From the NCBI RefSeq assembly GCF_001194135.2, contig NC_068983.1, positions 133,490,347-133,541,979 on the forward strand: a stretch of DNA of 51,633 bases, read 5' to 3'. The notes under the pieces were generated by a model, which saw only the letters and a program-made list of their open reading frames with translations, made no database searches and was not told the origin of the DNA. The stretch's first letter is position 1, and every line of letters begins with the position of its first letter. Both the position numbers and the translations under genes were made by a program. This stretch comes from Octopus bimaculoides. Lineage: Eukaryota. This document shows, piece after piece, positions 11,440 through 23,274 of this stretch.

Positions 11440-12445
11440 TATATATATACGTACGTAACAAATCCAGTATGAACCGTAGATCCGACCCAGTGTTGATTCC
11501 AGTTGTGGCGTATGAATAGAAGAAAAACACAAATGTGGTTTAAAATTTACTACAGTTGTTCTGGTAGCATTTTATTGATGTATTCATAAACTACGTAATA
11601 TCAAAAATCTTATCATCATCAGGTAAATTCTAAACAGATAAACAAGCAAGATAAAACCAGAATATGATCTATTTATCAACTGTCGTGATGAAGAAATATT
11701 TTAAGTAATAACAATCGAATTTATAGAGAAAGTGAATAAGTAAACGGATTATAAGAGGTGCCATATACTCAGTTACAAATATCGATATGACAGTAGCAGT
11801 GTGCTCCAAGTGGCGCCTTATGTCTCTTCACCTGTCGTCTGAAACTCTAAGATTTAGCAGGGATTTAGGTTCAACAACACTGTATGTAACCATAGTGCGT
11901 CGAATAGATTCGCAGCCAGTGAAATTGGATCCATTACTTCCCTGGTAATCAATCAAACTGAGAATGATTAAATGCTAAGTAGCCCACAGTGGAATTTAAA
12001 CTTAAAATATATAGAACGAGAAAAAAAGTAATTTTACCCTATGGCCTACCAATTAAGCCAATCCAATACTCTAAGAAAATCACTAAACGAATACAACAAT
12101 TGGATAAAAGTAGGTGCGATAGAAATTTAACATATTAAAAAAAGAACAGTGAAATACCTTCGCGTGAAGGCAATTTTTAATAAAACTGGAGCCTTTTCTC
12201 CTTGCTAATTTAACTTAAGACTCAGTGATCTCTTCGTGCTCAAGAATTCAATACAACCTTTGCGATAGAATTTGAAGACGATTTTGACAGCACTTTTCAC
12301 GCAGTATCACGCAACACTAATGCTTGGTGAAATACCGAGGTCACATATCTGACCTCTGATTTTTCATATTCACAGATTAAATTTAAACAATAAATTGTCA
12401 TTTAAAGTGTGCGTGCTTAATCTCGCACGCAAGACAAATTAGATT
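10926..12445 (+). repeat. ~450-bp direct repeat pair (10926-11376 and 11989-12445)
   Basis: Colinear, moderately diverged match from GTGGAATTTAAACT to ...AGATT, with each copy followed by a CA/TG microsatellite. Confidence 0.9.
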
Positions 12446-12458
12446 GTACACAGATGTG

Positions 12459-12496
<38 letters not shown>

Positions 12497-12768
12497 TGTG
12501 TGAGGTGTGTGGTGTGTGTGTGTGTTTGTGTGTGTGTATGTGTGTGTGCGTGCGCGCGTTCCATTTTGTCAGAAAGAAAATGTTCATGACCCTTTGTAGA
12601 GCTATTGACACGGAGGAATAGATATTTAAATGCGAGGAATCGGATAGAATACCGCAAGGTATACAATCAGATGTTCTTTCAGCCAGGCCAATCCCCCACC
12701 GAAACGAGGAAAAGTCGACTTCGGCGTGACTTGAACTCCGAGTGTAAGAGTTAACCCCGAGAGGGTTT

Positions 12769-12871
<103 letters not shown>

Positions 12872-13513
12872 GTGTTTGTGTATGTGTGTGTGTGCGCGTG
12901 TGTCTGTGTCTGTGTGTAAGTCTACATGTTTCGTTTTTAGTGAAACAAAACTATGACAAAATCTTTAAAATATTGGAAGATGGAAGTTTTAGTATTAATA
13001 ATATAAAAAATATTGTAATACACTCGCAAAAAAAACAGCAAAAAACATTCAGATAAATCGACTTCTCTCCCAAGAGAAAAGTATGATCTAGCAAAGCTTC
13101 GAGTTTTAATTATGACGACAAAGATTCGGGCGCTATAAATCGATATATTTTATAAATTATACCCAACATGACTGTAGCAATGCTTTCATCTTCCCACAGA
13201 CGGATATTTCAAATCATAGAGTGAGATCACGCGGGGATATGTTTTACTTTTGTGAAAGATTTCAAAAACTGTTTTCTCTACAATTCTGCCATACATCAAA
13301 AGTTAACTTTTGACTCATTGACTTAATTCATATAAAATAAAAGTTAATATCAACAATTTTTTTCCTGGTTTGTTATTGACATTCCAATATATCTGACCTT
13401 GTCATTTAACTCTTAATTCATATGTACATACATATAAATGTATATAGGTTTACACACATCCATATACATGGTTATTTACATACAAATATGAACATAAATA
13501 TACATGTATTTAT

Positions 13514-13565
<52 letters not shown>

Positions 13566-13584
13566 ATACATATTTATACACAGT

Positions 13585-13790
13585 TTTACTCTTTTACGTG
13601 TTTCAGTCATTTGACTGCGGCCATGCTGGAGTACCGCCTTTAGTCGAAGAAATTAACTCGAGTACTTATTCTTTGTAAGCCTAGTACTTATTCTATTGAT
13701 CTCTTTTGCCAAACCGCTACGTTACGGGGACGTAAACACACAAATATCGGTTGTCAAGCGATGGTGATGTAACAAACATAGGCACACAAA
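13585..13790 (-). mobile_element. SINE family B, 3' half
   Basis: TTTCAGTCATTTGACTGCGGCCATGCTGG..TTAGTCGA..ACTTATTCTTTGTAAGCCTAGTACTTATTCTAT is nearly identical to 23395-23512. Confidence 0.85.
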
Positions 13791-13794
13791 CATG

Positions 13795-13825
<31 letters not shown>

Positions 13826-13869
13826 GCATGTATGTATGCATGTATTTATATATGTATATATAGATATAG

Positions 13870-14020
13870 TGATCTAGCGTCCATCAGTGAACACCACTGG
13901 AAAATACGAAAACTAAAAGAAGCAGCACATATGCTAGGACATAACAACCTCCTAAGCAGACCGAGTGCAGATATGAGAAGCATATGGGGACCGGTATTCA
14001 GGAAGGATAGGAAAATATTA
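13870..14020 (+). mobile_element. Penelope/Poseidon-type GIY-YIG C-terminal remnant
   Basis: SEHHWKIRKLKEAAHM..NNLLSRPSADMRSIWGPVF resembles the PLE endonuclease tail (R.IKEAI.I...N......W). Confidence 0.5.
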
Positions 14021-14053
14021 GATCCATATGCCCTAAAATTCACTCCATAATTA

Positions 14054-14332
14054 CCCACGGGCATATGGCGTAGTGGTTAACAGCGCGGGCTACTAACCCC
14101 AAGATTCCGAGTTCGATTCCAAGCAGTGATCTGAACAATAATAATAATAATAATAATAACATCGAAAAATACCTTAGGAATGGGAACCCAGGTTTGAAAT
14201 TTCCCTAAGACACCTGAAGAAGACAGGAGGGTATATCAGCCAAACGTTGTGTTAGCAACAAGCAAGATGAGGACAAATATCTGTCGAATGTAAATAATGT
14301 ACATAATTCCTCATCTCTTAGATATAGAACTG
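14054..14332 (+). mobile_element. SINE family H (tRNA head, (AAT)n, hammerhead), copy 1 with damaged HHR
   Basis: A-box TGGCGTAGTGG at 14066-14076, B-box GTTCGATTCC at 14111-14120, AAT run, and HHR at 14209-14253 with a stem II substitution and G12 deleted. Confidence 0.85.
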
Positions 14333-15590
14333 TATTAAGCTGCATGTGATTCGAAACTTTTTTATTAGCGTATAATCTGGAAATTCTTGTAGAAATATTC
14401 TTAACTAATCTCCGTATTATCGAGGGTGCATGGTTGAATGCTACATTTATGTATTTAATATGATCATTTGGCTTATGAAATGGTTCAAATTGCCTAGTAT
14501 CTAGACTGAAGGTAGCGTGAGGAAAAATTACTCAACGATAATCCTTTTCCATTGTAATGTTTAGTCATAAACTTGTAAGAAATCTAAAGAAATGTTTGCA
14601 GTGCCTTTCTAATTGTACTTTATTACTTCTGTCCATAAAGAATAGGGCATCATCCCTATATAGACCCTCCCTGTTTTTTCCGGAAAAAAAGCGGATCAAT
14701 GAAAGGATATTCCGACTAAAACTACAACGTGTGCATATTTAGATGACCCCATAGCTATATCAAAAAGCATTTTCTCTATGTATTCTACTCCATAATCTCC
14801 CATCAAAATCTACTAAAATGGTTCGTGCGGCAAGTATTATATCTTTTTTGCGTCGGCACAAATCAGAACTTCTCATACTATAAATCAGGGCGTTATTGAG
14901 TACGATCGGGTTAATAGCGGCGTAATAGCTCTATCTAATTACAAGAAATTACTATTCTTGCTAATTTCTACAAGCTTAAACAATCCAACTACCTCTTGGG
15001 TATCTGACCAGAGGACTAATCTGATTTTAGATTTTAAGGTGGGTAGTACTCTATCAATGATTTTCTTACGAATAATGCCTATATTGGATTTAGAAGGACA
15101 AATCAGTCTAACTGAGGGGTCAATAAGAAAGTTAGGTTTATGGTCCTTAAGCATATTCCGGGGGTTTTCGAGGGCCGTATGGCTCGGTTCTATCTTCTAT
15201 AGCTAAATCTCAAGCGATTTGTAACCCTATATTGTTAATTCTCTTTAACGTGTTTTTACGAGCGTGTCTATATTTGCTGAGTAATTCCTTCCTAATCATA
15301 TAACTCGGTATCAACAATATAAATGTTACTTGCTTTGTCCGCTGGTACAAGTATTCCTGGAGCTTTCCTGAAGTCACCAAGTAATTTTCTGGTTTTCTGC
15401 TGATATATATTGTACCTTGTAAGGTATTTCCTTAACTTGGCGTTCTTAACCATACTATATAATTCTTCTTCAAATCTGGTTAGGTGTTGGTTAGTCGATG
15501 GGTTCCTTCTAGATTTGAATACCGCAATGAAAAGCACCAAATACAGCCAGTTTATGATAGGAGAAATTATTATGATATAGCTTACACGGT
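14333..15590 (-). mobile_element. PLE reverse transcriptase region, inverted relative to its endonuclease
   Basis: Fragments FKSRRNP..FEEELYSMVKN..LVPADKASNIY, LKDHKPNF..SVRLICPSKSNIG, FDIAMGS, GLYRDDAL (YRDD at 14649-14660) and NHAPSIIRRL..ISTRIS; multiple stops. Confidence 0.85.
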
Positions 15591-15599
15591 AAAAACGTC

Positions 15600-16600
15600 G
15601 GAAAATGAAGTCAGAACTGCCATATATACAAATCAATATCATCAATGCTCATGCAGAAGAAAATTAAAGTGCCCACTGATGAACTTCTGTATGACTGCAA
15701 AACTTACATACAAATGTACCGTGCACACAAGGCGAGGCCCGTATGTTTACATTAGGCAAACGGCTGATTCATTTAAGAATCGTTATCTCAACCATGTCAC
15801 CAGCTTCAAGAGAATCTATAAGAGACATTCAACGTCTTTGGCCGATTTTGTGTAGTAACTGAAGGAAGACAATATCAAGTATAACATAACTTGATCCATA
15901 CTAAGATACACAAAACCATATAGTATCATTTCCAGGAGATGCCAGCTCTACTCCGAGGAATACCTGTCTATTCTCTGGACCAATGAGAAGATCATTAATA
16001 TAATTTCTGAAAGACTCTCAAGATGCCTACATGCATATAATTGTACTTTCGCGCAATGCAGTAGAAATGAATTTGAGCAACTGTTAGCATAATTTAATTT
16101 AAGGTATGGATTAATTAAGTTTAACTTTAACCTCCCCATTCTTATAAACACCAAGTAGCTATTTAACTTGTTATTTGAACGTGTGTGCACCAAGCTACAC
16201 GTGTGTGTATGCTTACATCTTTGTGAATGTTTGTATGAGCGAGCGCACATGCGCCATACAGATTGTGCGAGGGCATTTATATATCCATATCTGTTAACGG
16301 TTATTTTTAATACTTTTCTAGCTGTATTGCGCATTCGTTTCTTTTTTGCATTTGTTATCTTATTATTGGTATTCTATATAAATGAAGATATATTCTTTAA
16401 TTTGCTGCTTTTCTTTACACGAAATGAGAATATACATTGCGGAACTATTATTTATCACCCGGAGAGACACATCTGCACCGTCGGATGCTCCTGAACCAGT
16501 TGTTAAGCATCCCACTCGTGAAGGATCGTTGCTAGATGTGTCTAAACAATTGTAGTGATTAATAAAAATTCTCGTATCTTCTATATTTTATTTCCCATAT
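15600..16600 (+). mobile_element. PLE GIY-YIG endonuclease, 3' UTR and decayed HHR
   Basis: CSCRRKLKCPLMNFCM..TYKCTV..VYIRQTADSFKNRYLNHVTSF..STSLADFV, then RCQL.SEE..IL..N....RC.H. HHR remnant with AAACAATTGTA at 16513-16557. Confidence 0.8.
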
Positions 16601-17703
16601 ACATAACTATCTGCACACCATAATCCTTCTTATCATCTAGCATTGGATTCTACCTTCGTTGATCAGGGTTACCTAATAGCAATAATTTGGATTTACTGTG
16701 TGCAGCTGTTTCGGGAGAATGCCAGTATAAACCATAACCATTATGAATATTCCTCAACTTAGCATTTATCGACCTCTTTTCATCTAAACTCGTGTAACAT
16801 TCAATTTTCCCTTCATGTTGTGTGTGTATGTGTGCACGTGCGTGCGCGCGTGTATGTGTGTTCGCGTGAGTGTGTGTGTATTCACATGCATGTATACATA
16901 TCTATCTACATACGTACATATATATAATTCGTTTCAGGATTGGTATATCTCGGCGCAAATAAATCTATATATAGTAGCGTGTAAATATTGGGTTAATAGT
17001 AATTTGGATAGAAAAATTCGCAATACGAGTCCACATCGCTGGTAAACATGACAGGCGTTCTACCATATTTAGGTACAAAATGACTGAGTAAGAAGTTGAC
17101 TTTGCCAATATGATGTGCAGGTTCGAATCCACCGTGTAGCATTTTCGTTATTTGACAGTTTTTATACCTTCGACTCGACCTATAACTTTTAAGTAACAGT
17201 TGGTAGGATGATATTGTATAGAAACCCTCTAGAGAAATTGCATATGTATTTCAATGACACAGCGTTACCACACAGCAGGCATCGTGAGTGGATTCTGCTT
17301 GCGATTTATGCTAAAATTATAAGAATTTATAAATCGTTGTAAAAACTAAAATTCATTCAATGAGATTTTATTAATGGAACGGAGGAGAACCATTGAACAG
17401 TATATATATATATAGAGAGAGAGAGAGNNNNNNNNNNNNNNNNNNNNNNNNNNNNNNNNNNNNNNNNNNNNNNNNNNNNNNNNNNNNNNNNNNNNNNNAG
17501 ACAGACAGACAGACAGACAGACAGAGGGAGTGGTGTTTCCACGCAGGAAAAAATATAGGAAAATGTGTTGTTGAAAATGCACTTAAATTTCAAAAGCTCA
17601 TGAATGTTTAAAATACATTTATTTACAAATATACCAAACAAGTTTCAACAATATTTTTTGTTTAGCAATGGTAAAAGTTTGAAATTAGAAAACATTGTTA
17701 AAA

Positions 17704-17803
17704 GTTTCAATGTTGACAAATCAAAATGTTTCAATGTTGACAAATCAAAATGTTTCAATGTTGACAAATTACAATGTTTCAATGTTGATAAATTATCATG
17801 TTC
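17704..17803 (+). repeat. 24-bp tandem repeat x4
   Basis: GTTTCAATGTTGACAAATCAAAAT units start at 17704, 17728, 17752 and 17776. Confidence 0.95.
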
Positions 17804-18399
17804 AAAACAGGTATAAGTTTGAAATTAAAACTGTATATCAACTTGTTAGAATGTACAAGGTTCATTAATTTCAGTGGTTGTCGATAAGTCATACTGAAAA
17901 ATCAAGTGTGAGAATTAAAATAGTAAAAAAAGGGAATTTGGTTTACGGTTTCTCAGATCTTCAAATAGTCGCCTTCGCTTGTAATCGTATGTTTAGGGAT
18001 CAGATGTATCTATAAATTTTTTCCTGCGAGCGGATCTAATTTTTGATTCGTTGAAAAATTGATGACGCTTTTCTTCCGTGGTCAAGCTTGTCGTTCCTCT
18101 TGGTTGGTTTCCTTGTGGATACGGTTATAGGTCGTTCTGGTTGGTTGGTTCTCTTAAAGGGTCATTTCGTTGTATTCACTGAAGGTTGGTTTTGATTGGT
18201 CTGGAATTGTGTAACGTCAGCAACTGATGTTTCTGGAATTTCATTGGATTGGAGGTGGGTAACGTCTGCATCTTGTGTTTGTGTGGTGATTTGGAGTTGC
18301 GGTTTCAAAACCCGAGTGGAAGATTGTAACTAAAATTTTGTTGTTTTTGTGTTGAAATTGAGTCTTTTTTCTCTTCTTTATACTGCTTTTTTCTTCTTT

Positions 18400-18690
18400 C
18401 TAAAGGATATTCATTTGTGGTTTATATTTTTTAATCAGTATGTTTTCTTTATTTAAACGGAATTGGGTTGAAGTGTTTCCAGTGCATTGATAGAGAGAGA
18501 AGACTTGGTATTTAGGGTTTTTGTCTACGGGGCATTGGTCTAGGTGTTGGCTAACGGGAATTTTCCTAGCGGTGGGGTCCCAAATTTGTTGTCTGTGCAC
18601 CGTAAGTCTATCCCTCAAAGTTAAGCTTGTTTGACCAGTGTAGTCTTCACCATAACCTCCACAATTAAGAACATTGATTAATTGTCTTAT
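18400..18690 (-). mobile_element. PLE GIY-YIG endonuclease domain (different family from 15600)
   Basis: INVLNCGGYGEDYTGQTSLTLRDRLTVHRQQI..PVSQHLDQC..RLNKENILIKKYKPQMN: GIY-YIG plus the Zn-knuckle C/H residues, one Cys mutated. Confidence 0.8.
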
Positions 18691-18708
18691 ATCTTACTGA
18701 TTTATCTT

Positions 18709-18842
18709 TACTTAATTTATCGACCCCGAAAGGATGAAAAGCAAAGTCGACCTCGGCGGAATTTGAACTCCGAACGTAAAGGCAGACGAAATACCGCTAA
18801 GTATTTCACCCGGCATGCTAACGATTCTGCTAGCTCACCGCC
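18709..18842 (-). mobile_element. SINE family A, 5' part
   Basis: Near-identical to 22515-22645. Confidence 0.9.
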
Positions 18843-20368
18843 TTCTTCTCAAGAATATTAATTATAGATTGACAAGGTCATTAACAAGTCAGTCAGAATG
18901 TTTTGCTTTTTCTGCTGCCACTTGCTGCGCTCTAAGTCTAAATCCTACCGAGGTCAATTTTACTTTTCATCCTATCGTTTCGGGGCGGGGACCAATTACA
19001 AACAGAAGCTGCAATCCAAAGCAGCTAGCTGGTAGAGCCTTACTGGTTGCCTCACCATATTTGTTCTGGCTCAGTTCGAATCAAGCTGTTGCCCACTTGG
19101 GTCGTACACTTAAGTCACCACTCGAGTTAATACCATTACCTGGCTCTGTCAGAGTCCACTTTATTGCAAGTATTCAGGCAAGGTATCCGATTTGAAGAGA
19201 CCTGCTCTCCAAGCAGCCTCAGAAGCCTTGTAACAGGCCATGGAGCTTGCCTTCCCTTCTGACTAAATGATAAAAAATATTCAGATTGACTCTCGATTGT
19301 GAATCGAAACTGGATCTAAGAATTTCATTTTCGAGAGATGCATTATATTTCATTGTTCAAAATTTTACTTATGTTTAGTTCACGCAACAAGACTTAGTGT
19401 AGTCTTGGTGGTTATTAATAAAATATAGAACCACTTTCATTTCACTTTCACAAAGGAAAGGGAGATTTGTTTGATAAAAAACATATTTTAACATGGAAGA
19501 GAAATGAGGTTGTATTAAGAGACTGTCTTGTTTCAATTGCTTTACCCTAAGTCAGCCATTTACGAGCAAAGTGAAATCAAAGTTGTCCCAACTCGTGTTT
19601 ACGCGACTGCATTATGTTGTGTCCTTCCCTTTTGAGTCAGCAGAATGTGATCCGAGAGATAATTGGCTTTTATTTCAAGTTGGTCTCGACACAGCATACG
19701 AATGAATTGTTTGCCATGTGGAGGTTGTTTCTATCAAGATATACGTGTAGAAACAAATTAAATATAAGAAATGAGACAGGAATAGAGTCTTCCAAGAACT
19801 TGCCACTAGAACAGAGGCGTGAAAGACACTGCAATTGTTAAAATAAACATTACAACACCAGAAACTGGACGTTAAGAATCACCAAAATATTGGCAAATTC
19901 TGTTAACGTCTACATTCACTTCACGATCCTGGTCTTAAAACAGAGTTATTCTACAGATATATGAAGAAATTATTGCCAGTAGGCATTGACAGCTGTCAGA
20001 ACCAATGATCACACCTCAAATAGACCATTTAACTAGTCTCTCATTACGTCATACCTTTTCATCCCAACGGGATCTACATTGATTAGTGTCAAGTGATGTT
20101 CAACATTTTCCTTTTTAGATTAAGAAATATTTTATAAAGTATAACTTGACAGGAGACAGTTTCAATCACGAAATTGTTTTTACTAATTTATCAACGATGG
20201 GAAAGTTTTTCAAGATTCACATTCCTTATTAAAAGTAAATTTTTCTTTTTTAAAAATCGATATTTGAGAAAAAGGGGTTTCGTACGGCCTTAGAAAACAG
20301 GCTAGAAATAGCAAAAAGTCAGATTTATTTATTCTTACACCTACTCTCATCTACTGTCATCGTTTGTG

Positions 20369-20453
<85 letters not shown>

Positions 20454-20645
20454 CGCGCGCGTCCGTGTGTGTGTGTGTGTGTATTCACATAAGGATCAGC
20501 TGAAAAGTTCACAGACTGACCAAGATTCTCTCATGGAATGTGACCAAATGGGGTTTGTTTTTCAACATAGTCCTACTTGCGGTCCTCACACTTTTCCATC
20601 GGTGTTGTAGTGCTTGGATTCTATTGGGGAAGAAGCTTTAATCTT

Positions 20646-20910
20646 ACATTATTTACATTCGACGGATATTTGTTCTCATCTTGTTTGTTGTTAACACAAC
20701 GTTTCGGCTGATATACCCTCCAGCCTTCTTCAGGTGTCTTGGGGAAATTTCGAACCTGGTTTCTCATTCCTAAGGTATTTTTCGATGTTATTATTATTGT
20801 TGTTATTGTTAAGGTCATTGCTTGGAATAGGACTCGGAATCTTGGGGTTAGTAGCCCGCACTCTTAACCACTACGCCATATGCCCGTGGGTATATGGTTT
20901 AGTATAGAAC
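20646..20910 (-). mobile_element. SINE family H, copy 2 (intact HHR, 12-bp TSD)
   Basis: Flanked by AGCTTTAATCTT at 20634-20645 and 20911-20922; A-box at 20868-20878; HHR at 20693-20738. Confidence 0.9.
20693..20738 (-). ncRNA. Minimal type-I hammerhead ribozyme within SINE H
   Basis: GACAC-CUGAAGA-A-GGCUG-GAGGGUAUAU-CAGCC-GAAA-CG-UU-GUGUU: stem I GACAC/GUGUU, stem II GGCUG/CAGCC, palindromic ACGU stem III. Confidence 0.7.
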
Positions 20911-22257
20911 AGCTTTAATCTTGTTGCTAAAGAAAGTCATCAACATCAGATGTAACGTGAACATGCGAGTGCTTTTTCCTATTGGAAAACAGATGTAAGT
21001 CAGATGGGGCCAAATCAGGAGAACAGGGAGGCTGATCAACCAGTTCAAAGCTACTGTCACGCAAAGCAGCCATTTAAACCAAGGACTTATGTGTTGGAGC
21101 ATTGTCCTGATGAGACAAAACCCTTTTCGTCAGTTTTCCTGGGCGTTTGTTTGTAATAGCCTTTGGTAATTGCCTCAGCAAGTTGGCATAGTACTCACCA
21201 CTGATTGTGTAACCCTTTTGAAGATAGTCAATAATCATAATGCTTTTTGCATCCAAAAAAACTGAGGCCGTCCCCTTCCCTGCAGATGAAACGACCATGG
21301 CTGTCTTTGTAGCAGGCGAGGAGGGGTGTTGCCACTGCATAGATTGTCTCTTTGCCTCTAACTCAAAGTGTTGAACCCAACACTCACCTTGGCTTATGAA
21401 ACATTCAAGGAAACCAGCTGGATCAGCCTGAAACAATGTCAGATTTTGCGTGATGTAATGAGCCTGGTCTGCTTTTGATCAGGTTTCAGATGACATTGCA
21501 CCCACCGAGCAAAAACCTCTGTCATGCCAAAATCATTATGCAGACTACTCTCAATCATCTCACCGGATATGCTAATAGCATTGGCGATTTGATTTATCGC
21601 CTGTCATCCATCAGCATGCGGTGAACACGATCAATGTTTTCCTCGGTGAGGGCAAGTGTAGGATGTCAGACTTTGGGTCATCTTCCAGACTTCCCATCCT
21701 GAATTCAGCTGCCTGCTTTCGCACAGTTGATAAAACTGGGCGCCATCTCCTAATGTAGCAAGCATGAATGTCCTTTGGGGCTAAATACTTCTTTTGCAAG
21801 TACTTGTTAACATGATGATGCCAAATTTTGTCCCATTTTCAAGAGAAATCTCTACTAGTTGTTTCTGATGTCCTTTTTGAGCAGTCAGATGTCAGTTTAC
21901 CTGAAAAGAAACAATGCAGATATTAACAAGAGGTGTTGAACTTAATATATGCAAGATTTCACAGCTCTAGCATAAAGTAGTAGTAGCAGTAGTAGTAGTA
22001 GTATAATGGTGTATATGTGTTTAACTCACTTGTTTGTTTATAATGTATTGAGCAATTTGCCGATACTGTTGGCAGTATGTAATCGGTTGAATTCTCTGTA
22101 TATGTGTTTAAGCTAAGTGGACCATGTGCAAGCGTCGCTGTTGTTATGACTATGAAACTAGATGGAGAATTATGGGTGTGTGCATTTTTGTCAACGTTGT
22201 GGTGGTGCTATGATGTTTTTCCATGTGATCATTTCTTCATACTTATATTCTTTACTA

Positions 22258-22645
22258 CTCTTGGCACAAGACCCGAAATTTTGGGGGAGGGGGGGCAGTC
22301 GATTAGATCGATCCCGTGCGCAACTGATACTTAATTTATCGACCCCGAAAGGATGAAAGGCAAAGTCGACCTCGGAGGAATTTGAACTCAGAACTTAAAG
22401 ACAGATGAAATACCTATTTCTTTACTGCCCACAAGGGGTTATACACAGAGGGGACAAACAAGGACAGACAAACAGATTAAGTCGATTATATCGACCCCAG
22501 TGCGTAACTGGTACTTATTTAATCGACCCCGAAAGGATGAAAGGCAAAGTCGACCTCGGCGGAATTTGAACTCAGAACGTAGCGGCAGACGAAATACCGC
22601 TGAGCATTTCGCCCGGCGTGCTAACGTTTCTGCCAGCTCGCCGCC
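22258..22645 (-). mobile_element. SINE family A, tandem dimer with different tails
   Basis: The core TCGACCCCGAAAGGATGAAAGGCAAAGTCGACCTCGG occurs twice (~22339 and ~22523); the right copy has a complete tRNA-like head. Confidence 0.9.
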
Positions 22646-23239
22646 TGTTTATTCATACTTATAGCTGATATTATGCAATGTTCAACGTGTCTTCGTGCAG
22701 CCCTTTGTGATGTGTGTGTCTGAGGCTCTCATTAAGTGAGGCATCTGTGTGTGTGACCCTTTAAGTTACTAGCAAAAGATCGTTAGATGTTTTAAACTTT
22801 ATATTGATATCTTTGAGGTTATTTGTCTCTCCTGATTATTCCAGTTCGGCTGCTGTCTCTTAGCTTTTGCTTTGATCACAAATTCTGTTTGCGCCGAAGT
22901 ATTTTGTACTGTCAACACTTCTTCGGGCCTTTTTTATATCTTTATGGAATATTTCTTCTATTTTTATTTTCTAATTATATTATGCATTATATTTTATACT
23001 TCAATTCGATTTCTTTATTGTTTTATTCATTATCGTTTTATTGGGATCCTTTCTTGGGGAATATTTTGATTCTTATCTTCTTGTTTTATCTTTTATTCTT
23101 TATTTCTGTAATTTTTTAAAATATTTGTGTATAACTATTTAAAAAATACTTCTTGGTTATTTCGTTCAAATCACTATTGTTATTTTTTATCATTGTAAGA
23201 ATTTATGCTTTTGTCAATATTTGTTCAGTTTAACCATTT

Positions 23240-23274
<35 letters not shown>

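Larger units (their letters stand above)
20488..21945 (-). mobile_element. mariner (DD34D-type) transposon, decayed and interrupted by a SINE
   Basis: EAKRQSMQW.HPSSP..ASVF.D..IIDYLQKG.TI.GEYYANLL..HQDNAPTH, PP.SPDLAPSD and ALQHRWKKC..DYVEK; TIR-like GATCAGCTGAAAAGTTC at 20495. Confidence 0.9.

Noticed and set aside
10926-12445. LTR retrotransposon interpretation of the 450-bp direct repeats
   Set aside because: No TG/CA termini, primer-binding site, polypurine tract, TSD or coding interior.
13185-13320. Polypyrimidine-CAG splice acceptor suggesting a host exon
   Set aside because: No recognisable peptide in any frame and no convincing donor.
17704-17803. 24-bp repeats as a CRISPR array
   Set aside because: Contiguous units with no spacers, in a eukaryotic context.
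22823-23119. Hydrophobic F/L/I-rich ORFs resembling membrane proteins (also 28959-29318)
   Set aside because: Translation of T-rich low-complexity DNA.
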